Assembly (NCBI GenBank): GCA_043228905.1
Contig: JBHGNT010000015.1
Location: 17,980,001-18,044,000, forward strand
DNA length: 64,000 nucleotides
From: Azolla caroliniana
Lineage: Eukaryota; Plantae; Polypodiophyta
Reading direction: 5' to 3'
Below are positions 10,368 through 20,372 of this stretch, piece by piece. The notes beneath the pieces were generated by a model. The model was given only the letters and a program-made list of their open reading frames with translations, was not told the origin of the DNA and made no database searches. Position 1 is the stretch's first letter; every line of letters starts with the position of its first letter. The position numbers and the translations under genes were made by a program.

Positions 10368-12345
10368 GCAGATATACCATATGGATTTCGAATAACCGGA
10401 TCCACATATGACGATGTGTCGTATAAGTATACGCAAATAGAAAACATGGTGAAGGACTTTGCAGAGCTGACCTTGGCTCCTTTGTGGCGAATCGTAATAT
10501 TCCATAGTATGGATCAGTCTTTATCAATCACTACTGCATTAAAGTCGAGATGCCATGCAACTAAACACATGCATTGGTAAGCTTCAAGTTGCTATATATT
10601 AATATATGATTTCAAATGAACTTACTATATAGAAAATTTGATGATATTTACTTATTTTCATTCCATTATACAATTAGGGTTAAAACGAATATAACTCATA
10701 CCCTGAGCGATCAAATGATGAGTGTCGTGGAACATTTGTGCGCGGGGTACTATGATGCAATTTCTAAGAAGAAGGCTCGAGCACATGTGAATGAGCGAAA
10801 TGTCATAAATTATATCATGTGCCCAACTGTGATGAAGAAGTTGTGCCATGTTTCTGGCGATAAAAGTCTAGAGAACCCCTACCAAAAACTGCAACGATTA
10901 ACCAATCGATTGATCAAGTTATTTTCTAACCCCAATGATTGGGTTCTGGACTTATTTTCTACAACAAGTATTCTTACGAGCATGATCAATTTATCTTAAA
11001 ATAAAATTGATTTTCCCAAATTTGTTTACTCACTTACGCAATTACAATTGTTTTTTCAGGAACTACGACTGCATGTGCTTTAAAGATGTTTAGGAGCTAT
11101 GTCGCCTTGGAGAAGGACCCTTCACAAGTTAACTTTATTAAAATGAGGATCCAAGGTATTTGGGATTGTCTCGATCAAGACCAAGAGGTTGGGGCAAAGC
11201 ATATTAATGAAACTAAGATGTTCCCGTTGACCTCCAGAGAACTGATGGAACCTATAGACGAAGAAGGAGGGGACCTTGTTGATATTGAGGATGTACTACA
11301 GTCCGAACAAATGCTTGATTCAACTGAACAGACAAAAGAGGCAAATGTTGATATGACACAACAGTCAGTTGATCATGAAGAGCAACCAGTTCCAGATTTA
11401 CTAATGGAATGAAACATATATATATATATATATAGTGCTTTGTGTATGAAGTGAACATTATTTTGAGCCGTAACAACTTTTGGTTTGAGTATAATTTCCT
11501 AATAACATTTTGTCTTTACTCTATCCTTTTGGTGTCTCTTTTCAATACATCTTAGATGTGTTTTGACTTATAGAGTATATGGTTAAGTATAATTTTCATT
11601 GAACATTTGCTTTTTCCTCTATCATTTGTTTGACAATGATTGGATATTATTGTATCTCGGTTATTTTCAACCTGAATGGGTGACTCTTGTTAATGTGTAA
11701 ATTAGGCATTACATATTATTCATTGAACTTAATGTTTAAGTATATTTGGTATCCTAATAATATGGTTTATGTTCTCATAATTCTTAGTAAACTAGTTTTG
11801 GGTAATCACAATGATATTAAGCCAAGACGGTTGTTCATATGATTATGCGTTCATGTTTGTTCACATGATTGACATATAATTTGCACAATGGTTTTTTGCA
11901 TGCATGGTATCTCGTGAGATTTGCTTTTATGAATATTACTCTAGTTATAACCTTAAACCTTATTTACAAACTCGACAGATCCCTCTTCATAAGTCTTAGA
12001 GACAAATATACACACATAATTGCATTTCAAACTTTGTTAAGTTGGATTCAATTTAACATTATGTACAATGAAGCATAATACAATTATAATTCATGGATTC
12101 CCATCATCTTATACAAGAATTGGATAAATTTATAATAGATTGAATAAATGAAGGTTAATTTTGCGATCTTAAAAATATTAACTGCATATTTGAGCGGTGT
12201 CTTTAAAAATCATGTACGCATGCGTGATATGTTCTTGAAAGTTCACTAAAAAAGGGTGTTTCTTGACATCTCATGTAAATATAAAAAAGGGAATGCGACA
12301 TATTTAAACCTATTTCACATGTCCCGGTGTTCCAAGGGATTGGAA

Positions 12346-12663
12346 TCATTTTGTAGACTTGTGCATTTCACCTTTTAAATGGTATGTAAACGGTGTCGTC
12401 AATTGGGAGTAATTATGAATAGATTTTCGCAAGAACCCCACAAAACATAAAAATGAATGTGGCTCAGATAATTTTTGCAGGATTCATTTTGTAGACTTGT
12501 GCATTTGCCTTTTTAAAAGGTTTGTAAATGGTGTCCTCAATTGGGAGTAATTACGAATAGATTTTCGCAAGAACCCCACAAAACATAAAAATGAATGATG
12601 TCGTCAACTAGGAGTAATTACGAATAGATTTTTGCAGGAACCCCACAGAACATAAAAATGAAC
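12346..12663. repeat. Tandem repeat: two ~115-140 bp units plus a ~65 bp partial unit
   Basis: Core TGTCGTCAATTGGGAGTAATTACGAATAGATTTTCGCAAGAACCCCACAAAACATAAAAATGAA occurs three times (~12394, ~12532, ~12599). Confidence 0.9.
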
Positions 12664-12671
12664 GCGTTTAA

Positions 12672-14574
12672 GATAAGTATTTGACTTTTTGCAAAAATCA
12701 CATTTCGATATCTTGGCATAAAAGACGTGTTTACATCTGGAAGACAGACCCGAATGTTGCTAAGGTGGATCCCCATTGGAAGTTATGGGTATATGGTTGT
12801 CGTCCCCTCGTCGAACTAGAATGGGACCCAGGGGATTTCAGGTGGACACATGAAGGCAGATTTTGCCATTTCTTCGAGTAGAACACTAAACTGGGCCGGA
12901 CTTTTCAACTGCAGCTAGACGGCCCCTTACGCAATGGTTGGCGTACATTGGGCATCCCTAATCATGTGCTCATTACCTTTTGGAAGGGTCTCTGGCGTCT
13001 CCACATGCCGGAAAAGTTAAAGTTTTTTTGGTGGCAAATTGGTCATAATGTGGTTCCCGTTGGCGACTGGCTAGCTAAACGTGGCGGCCCGGTAAGCTGC
13101 CCACTTTGCCATTCCCCTATTAAGACTCTGAGGCATTGTCTCTAGGATTGCCCTCACGCTCAAAAGGTATATGGGATAGAGTGACTCGCCTCCTTGTGGC
13201 ATGTGAAGTGGAAGGAACAGCATCGTGGAGTGTTGCGGCATGGCTTGATCACTCCGTTGATAGGTGGACGGACGCCTTCAATGCGGATAGTTGGTGCTAC
13301 GTATATATGAGAGGCAAAATTGTCAAGATTCGATTTGAGAGAGGCTTGCAGTTCGCATCCCCTAGGTTCATGGACATTTGGATGTTGATCACGGGCTTCA
13401 CCCTGTGGTATGTATGGAAAGCGTGTTGCTTAAAGCTCTTTCAGGATCTAGTGTGGCCCCCGGAGAAAGTGATCATGGACATATGGTTTGCGCTTATCAA
13501 CTGCCTACGAGGGAAATTGGACAAGGTTTGCAGCCATTCCAATGACGTGGTTACTGCCTGTTTGCGCTTTTGGCAGAAATGGTGGAACATGCCTATGGTG
13601 ACACAAGAAGGAAGTGGCCCGAGGTGGAACTACCATCCCCCACGCTGGCTGTTTCCGACTCACTTACCACCCTCCCTTCGTTGTTGACCCCAGGAGTTGT
13701 CTCATACTAGCCATCACTGAAGGGCACCGTTTTTAGCTATAGGTACTTACATTAAGTAGTCATTCTGAAAGGCGATGTAACTAGTCTCATTTTCTTGAAC
13801 TTGATCGGAGGGAAATTCCCCAATCTATGTATAAGCCTCCTTGTACAATATCTTTGTAATAATCCTTCCTAACTAATGGGAAAGTAGCTTCATTTTGGAA
13901 AAAAAAAAATGGACGTGTTTACCATGTTCATCTAATGTATGGCTAGAAATAAGAATAGCATCCAAGAATACAACAATGAATTGTTCAAGTTTATCTCAAA
14001 ACATATCATTCAGTTCTTGTTGGAATGTAGTTAAAGCATTAGTCAAACCAAAAGGCATAACTAGAAACTCATAATGTTGTTTCTGGAATATCATTTTCAA
14101 CATTTCGAATCTAGTGATGACTAGTTCTCAGCCAACATTCTCAAATCCATATTTGAAAAGTATTAGCTCCTTGCAAAAAGTCTATCAAATCATCTGCTCG
14201 AGGCAAGGCATAACTATTTTTTATTGTGACTTTATTCAAACGACAATAGTTAAAACATAGTCGCTAAGATCCATCTTTTTCTTGACCAAAAGGACTCATG
14301 CACCCCAAGGTGATCTACTATGATGTATATGACTCATCCTTAAGTAGTCCATAGGTTGTGAATAAATCTCATCTTCTTCCATTCAACTAAGTTGATATGG
14401 AGGAATACTAACAGGTGCAGTACCTAGTATGAGATCGATACGATGGTCAATGTTATGTTTAGGACATAAAACTTTTCGTAGTTCCTTAGGGAAGACACCC
14501 AGAAACTCTTTTAAGAAAGAAAGAAAGAAAGATATATTAACGTCTTCTAAGGCCAAATTTGGCCCATGAGACAA
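12672..14574 (-). mobile_element. Degenerate gypsy reverse-transcriptase fragment, interrupted by the L1 insertion
   Basis: Minus strand reads IDHRIDLILGTAPVSIPPYQLS ... HYEFLVMPFGLTNA ... FIVVFLDAILI. On the other side of the L1 it reads YAKISKCDF. Confidence 0.8.
12735..13911 (+). mobile_element. 5'-truncated L1-clade LINE (zf-RVT C-terminus, 3' UTR, poly-A)
   Basis: FWKGLWRLHMPEKLKFFWW...CPLCHSPIKTLRHCL zinc-finger region, poly(A) 13899-13909, and a direct repeat GACGTGTTTAC at 12724-12734 and 13912-13922. Confidence 0.85.
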
Positions 14575-14714
14575 TTGGTTTACAACAAAAGAGTATTTAT
14601 CCAGTCATCATAACTAAAAATAAAATTAAGTAAACAATAGAATTTAAACTAAAAGAGTTCTAGTAGTGTACAATATGTAGTATACTCGAAAGTGACTATA
14701 CACTAAGCCTAATT

Positions 14715-17700
14715 TTATTTCCACCCAAGCCTCTCGAAAAGAAGTGGGGGGTCAAAGGGTCTTGATGTGGGTTCCAATGTAGAGAGTGCCCTAGCCATGG
14801 CTTCAAGGCAGTATAGCTCACGTTCCCTTATTTTCAATATTGCTTCCACATCACGTCGAGTTGCTTTGAAACTCGGCACCTGAGGACGTCTGGTTCTTCT
14901 CTGGTTTTCTGCCTCATCAATGGAAAGGCCGAGTGGTGCAAGTGTGTCGGCATTCGTTGTCTCCTCATGTTCCTTAAAAACTTCATTTGTTACATGTTCG
15001 TGATCATTAGCAACAGTATTGTCAACATTTTGTAACTTATTCTCTCTGTGTTGTTTTAGCTCTAGAATGTATTTGCCTAATTTCTTTATATCTAGAGTAT
15101 CTAATAGTTTGGGGAGGGTGGGAGACGAACCAAGTATGTCTTGGTATTTTGCCCTTATCTCGGCATAGGTTGGACACTTGCATGTAAAGTGGTACTCATC
15201 CTCTATCTCTATGTGACATAACCTACATATCCTTTCCTCCCTAGGGACTCCACTAGTACGGCCATTCTCAATCTCAAGTTGGTGAGATGATATTCTAAGT
15301 TGTTCAATGGCAACCCTTAGAGCATGTGGTAAGAATACATCTAGATATTTTGGCCACGTGATAAAACCTAACTCAGAGAAGTGCATGAAGTGTTTCTTAT
15401 AGTACAACATTTTAGATGGGAGTGGCTTTAGTGGGGTGATCCATTTACACCGAGTGTAAATTTGCCATATTTCTTGGCGTATTACTTTATTGCGGTCCTC
15501 ATGAGAGATTAAAGTGTTATCACTCGTGTGGTTATACATAAGGGGAGGTAGGTTATTAATGTCTAGACCATTCGCAAGAAGCCAACTCACCATCATGCCA
15601 TACCATGAGCTAGTATAGCCGGACTCATACAATGATCGAGAGGCCTTAAAGGCTTGATGAGATATTCTATCATGTGGTTGGCTATGTATCCTGTGAATGA
15701 AGACTACAAGTTGAAAAAGTGCCTCTACTAACATTGGGGGTAACGTGAACTCAGCCCTAATAATGTCATGTGGTACAGTCGATTTGCTTCGGAGTTGGCG
15801 TGATAGCATCATCACCAATGGCCTCTCTAATTGCGTCCACATGAAAGATGGTAATCCTGAAGCCCAAACCGCTGATGCATACATGAGGGAGGGGGTCACT
15901 AATGAGTCAAAGAGCCACCCTTTAGTCCGTGGCTCTTGAAAGTGTGCTTGGTGGCATTGTCTCTCTAGGAGTGAGAGGGATGCATGTCCTCTCGTGAGTC
16001 TATCCTTCGCTGCCTATGTCATCGAAAATTTACCTGAGCGGGCACTAAAAGTGACTCCAAGATAGACGTATGATCAAACCACCTCGACTGGGCTATGGGA
16101 GATAGTTAGGTGACACTTAGCTCTAACTTCGGCCGATGTGTGGAAGATAAGGACTTTCGTTTTCCCTAGATTCACTACCAATCCTCGTTGTACACAAAAG
16201 TCATCTAAGGCATTAAGGTGCCTTTGTAGGTCATGTTCGGATTCAGAGAGCAAAACTATGTCATCCGCATAGAGCAAGATACGAACCTGCGTATCCCCAA
16301 GGACCACTCCGGTGCCTCCCTCACGAGCAATAAAATCTGTGATCTCATCAATGTAGATCCCAAAAAGCGTTGGTGATAGGGAGCAACCTGGTTTTACACC
16401 AATAGTGCTAGTGAAACGATTAGATAGGCCACCTCGGCATCGGACACACCCGGACACTTGTTCATATAGTGTGTAGATGGCCCATACCATATCATCTGGT
16501 ATCCTCAAGCTTTTAAGTCTATCAAACAACCACTCTAGGGACTGTGTCAAAGGCTTTGTAGAAGTCCACAAAACAACAATATAATTTCTTCTTGCGAGCC
16601 TTAGTTTGTTCAATTAGGCATCTAAGTGTGAAGATATGATCAATAGTGGAGAAGGCTCGTCTAAAGCCAGCTTGTTCATGTGCACGAAGGTTTAGGGTCT
16701 CCATATAGTCGCTAAGCTCTGCTTCCATTACTGCACCATATAACTTAGCAAGGTTATGGCCTATCATAATGGTCCTATATGTATTTGGGTCCATGGGGTC
16801 CCCCCCTTTATGTATGAGGGCCACTATATTCATAGTCCACTGTGGTGGAAAACCCTCCGCAAGGGCACGATTGAAGATTAGAGTTAGCAAGGGAGCTAGG
16901 CACTCTCTCGCATATATAATGTGTTTTGCTCGCAATCCTGTGTGGTCCATGAAGTTCCTATGTTGTAATTTCTTTATGACCTTCACGACCCTAGGGGTTG
17001 TGAAAAGTGTCCCCGTGGTAGGCCGGGGTGTGGAAGGCATTGGAATGGGTGGTTGGTTTGGGATTTGGTAAAGTCTCTCTGTATATGTGTGCCAAGTTTC
17101 AGGATCTTCGATGGGTGTTTGTGGTCTTGGCTCCCGTAGTCTCTTCCATGCCGTGGCGCAATCGCTACTCATGAGCATATGGTAGAGTTCCCAATATTGG
17201 GATGCCTCCCACGCTCGTCTCTTACGACGTGTCATCTTACACATTTCTTTGCGAGCTTGTATGGAGGTAATACTACCATTGAGTTGCGATACTGTAAGTT
17301 GTCTATGTAAGTCCCTACAATCCTCGTCATACCATTTATTTTGTGGCATTGATCCTGATCTACCTTGATTTGAGTGTTTTGTATATGGGAAACTGCTAGC
17401 TGCTGCGGAGTGAAGGATGTGTGTGACTTTTGTACTAAGGCTTTCTAACGGTAGGGAGGGATCAAGGGAGGGGAGATGGGCATGAACATGTTGAGAGTAT
17501 ATGTCAGAGAGCTCATGTGTGAAATATATTGTGGTGTGATGGCATGGTTGACTAGACTTGGTGACCTTAGCGATATCACATTTTAGCTCGAAGTATAAGA
17601 AACTATGGTCTACGCCAATAGGGCATGGGGCCACTCGAAAGGAGTTAATCATGTGGGTAGCTTCAAGACGCCCTATTAGATAGTCAACTGTGCTTTCCCC

Positions 17701-18444
17701 TCCTCCATGTGGGAAACATGTGAGCTCTTCCGAGCCCGGCCACTTAGCTAAACCATTATATATGACCATCCGGTGCCGACTGCCAAGTTCGAGCAGATGA
17801 TGGCCAAAGCTTGTGGCGTCCGCACCTTGATCCTTTGATCTACATGTGGTGCCTATGTCTAAAGGATCAACATTTACCATTTCTAGGTTTCTATTCATCT
17901 GAAATACTGTGCATTGTCGGGATTGGGTTCTCGCATTGAAGTCTCCTACCAGAAATACTTCTCCTTGGGAAGAATATCGGATTATGTCATCCGATAGGGG
18001 TTCGTATGGAGAAGGCCCATGTGGCATTCCTTCATCGACTAATCTCGTCAAGCCACCAATATTATAACGGGATCCTTTTGGGGGAAAGTAACAAATGGCG
18101 AAAAATACTGCCTAGTCTTTGCTTGTGGAGACTTTCACCCACAAAAAACGAGCTTCTGGGTCTATCTTCATTATTTCTATCCTATTATGTAGCTCTCTAC
18201 GAAACAGTATCGCGACACCTCCAAATCCCCTAGTAGTGTGTCGACGTGAGGTTTGTATAAAAGCGGACTCCCAACGGAATCCTTCGACCCGTGGGAGTCC
18301 TCTATTTGGGCTCTGATGTGTTTCTACCAAGAAAAGTATATCAGATACCTTTAGTATCTCCTCTAGGCGGCCGGGGTGTGCCCAGAGTGCGCCATTACAA
18401 TTCCATAGGGTCATCCTAAGTGCATTTTCTGTCACATGGACCAC
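14715..18444 (-). pseudogene. LINE ORF2 (endonuclease-RT-Zn finger), broken by frameshifts and stops
   Basis: Collinear ORF fragments 18112-18444, 16522-18051, 16074-16613 and 14715-15899. Confidence 0.9.
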
Positions 18445-18468
18445 ACGCCGTCAATTAGTAGTGCGATC

Positions 18469-19128
18469 ATTTCTTATCACTCACGCGTCTCGGTAAAAGG
18501 CGCGATGGCCTTCTTTACGAGCTTGCATAACTCGTGGCATACAACTCTTGCGATGCTCAATTTGCATCTTAGTGAGGTCTTCATCGAGATAGATGGGGTC
18601 CCCATCCATTCCTCGAAGGATTGGTCTCTTCTTAAAGAAAGTGATTCTAGAGTCTAAGTCTTTAAATTGAAGGACTAAGGCTCTCTTCCTAGTTGTGTCA
18701 CACCTGGCCCTCCATGCTTTGGTGATAGGTAGGGCCTTTGTGTACCCTAACATTTTCCCAAGCGTTTGTGCATCCTCATTTGGGGATGCACCTTCCTCAT
18801 TTCTGATCACTCACGCGTCTCGGTAAAAGGCGCGATAGCCTTCTTTACGAGCTTGCATAACTCGTGGCATACAACTCTTGCGATGCTCAATTTGCATCTT
18901 AGTGAGGTCTTCATCGAGATAGATGGGGTCCCCATCCATTCCTCGAAGGATTGGTCTCTTCTTGAAGAAAGTGATTCTAGAGTCTAAGTCTTTAAATTGA
19001 AGGACTAAGGCTCTCTTCCTAGTTGTGTCACACCTGGCCCTCCATGCTTTGGTGATAGGTAGGGCCTCTGTGTACCCTAACATTTTCCCAAGCGTTTGTG
19101 CATCCTCATTTGGGGATGCACCTTCCTT
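18469..19128. repeat. 330-bp tandem duplication of the ORF1 3' end
   Basis: 18469-18798 and 18799-19128 differ at only a few positions. ORF 18481-18810 repeats the ORF1 C-terminus. Confidence 0.95.
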
Positions 19129-19593
19129 GAGCCCAGTGACACGTACATTTAAGCGTCGGGCCTGACGCATTTTCTCTTCTTCAAGGGTGGTATTAACAAT
19201 ATTTTCATCTTTTATTTCTTTTTTAATGTTTCTTTTAACCACATCTACCCAACCCGTTTTAGCTAACTCTATGTTATTATTAACTTCCTCTTTAACTTTT
19301 TTAATTTCGTCCTTTATATCCTCTATAGAGGATATTTCACCGTCTTCTCGAGATACCTCGATGTCCTTAAGTTGTTTTTTAAGGTCGGTGTTTTCTACTT
19401 TAAGTTGTTCTATTTCGGCCTTGAGGGCGTCTTTTTCCTCTCTATCCTTTTTCTTGTGGGTTTCGGTGTCTTTCACCCATTTTTTCATATCCATCTCTAT
19501 TTTTGTTAAACGATTAAACATATCTAAAAAGTCCTCCTTACTTATAGCCTCGTCTTGTATATCCTTATGTTCCTTAGTTCGTTTAGACGTCAT
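18811..19593 (-). CDS. LINE ORF1 protein (coiled coil + RRM-like/CTD)
   Basis: ATG at 19593 (MTSKRTKEH), heptad-rich region, ORF1-type motifs RRLNVRVTGL and YLDEDLT. Lies directly upstream of ORF2. Confidence 0.8.
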   Translation of the reverse strand: MTSKRTKEHKDIQDEAISKEDFLDMFNRLTKIEMDMKKWVKDTETHKKKDREEKDALKAEIEQLKVENTDLKKQLKDIEVSREDGEISSIEDIKDEIKKVKEEVNNNIELAKTGWVDVVKRNIKKEIKDENIVNTTLEEEKMRQARRLNVRVTGLKEGASPNEDAQTLGKMLGYTEALPITKAWRARCDTTRKRALVLQFKDLDSRITFFKKRPILRGMDGDPIYLDEDLTKMQIEHRKSCMPRVMQARKEGYRAFYRDA

Positions 19594-20029
19594 TGTGGTG
19601 TCAATAAGAAAAAAAAAGGTAAAATAAATGGGTTTGAGACTTAGCCGAGTTTGTGTGTATGTCGCAATCACATCGGCATTTTGTAGCACGCAACGAGCAC
19701 ACCAAAAGAACCCAACCACGAACTCGTCAAGAAAATGGCACTTCACAACGTCAAGAGAAAACGGAGAAGAAACACCCCGTGACGGCGACGATGACGGCAG
19801 CGGTCGTCAAACGACGGCAACAGACGGCAGACGACGGATGGCTGCAGACGGCAGACGACAGATGGCTGCAGACGGCAGAAGACAGCTGCAGACGGTAGTA
19901 GACGGCGACGGCCGCAAACAGCGGTAGTCGTCGGACGACGACAGCAACAGACGACGGCAACGGCAACGGCAACGACACTAACCGGCGACAACAACGACAA
20001 AGAGAGCCGTTACACAGAGACGAGGAAGC

Positions 20030-20131
20030 GAGAGAGAGAGAGAGAGAGAGAGAGAGCAGACGGCGACGGCTACAGCGGCTACAGACGACGACGACGACGA
20101 CAACGACAGCAACGGCAGAGAGAGCCGTTAC

Positions 20132-20192
<61 letters not shown>
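20030..20192. repeat. (GA)n and (GAC)n microsatellites
   Basis: Directly visible. Confidence 0.9.
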
Positions 20193-20194
<2 letters not shown>

Positions 20195-20372
20195 ACAGAG
20201 AGATTCAAGCACGTTTTGAACATAATGTGTTAACCAATCCCCTTCACTTGATATATTATATATTTGAAGATCAAGGTCAAGGACACAACAATACATTGTA
20301 GAACAAGAAGAATCGAAAAAAGATGTACTTGAAAGAGTAGAGGCAAATGAAGGTTTGACACAATAAATAAAG

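Larger units (their letters stand above)
3015..11412 (+). pseudogene. Spliced ParB/Srx-like domain + beta-class N6A/N4C DNA methyltransferase (N6_N4_Mtase-like) fusion gene, decayed and split by a gypsy element
   Basis: Reconstructed exons: ~3015-3040 (tentative), ~3300-4959, ~5054-5171, 5241-5499 joined to 10372-10576, 10678-10967, 11060-11412. Translation gives ParB-like ...YYVIGGSHSAEARHQL...CKVYLGLTHKEA-KLLAWDHN, then YRVYNGDVGNMLDILPKRHYILLVA|DIPYG (motif IV), W-VK...VVEH, NPYQKLQRLTNRLIKLFSNPNDWVLDLFSTT-(R)TTTACALKMFRSYVALEKD (motifs X-I-II). Several in-frame stops and a frameshift near 4443. Confidence 0.85.
14575..20190 (-). mobile_element. Near full-length non-LTR retrotransposon, RTEX-like (ORF1 + APE/RT ORF2); 5' end approximate
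   Basis: ORF1 18811-19593 (coiled coil, RRLNVRVTGLKE, IYLDEDLT). ORF2 APE (TLWNCNG, LVETH, LVGDFNART, TVDY, DH), RT (QAGFR, FVDFYKAFD, GVKPGCSLSPTLF, LLYADD) and C-terminal LRISSHQLEIENGR...CRLC...EDEYHF.CKCP.Y. GC-rich repetitive 5' region ending in (GA)n. Confidence 0.88.

Noticed and set aside
12346-12663. CRISPR-like array
   Set aside because: Long degenerate units without unique spacers of constant length, no cas genes, eukaryotic context.
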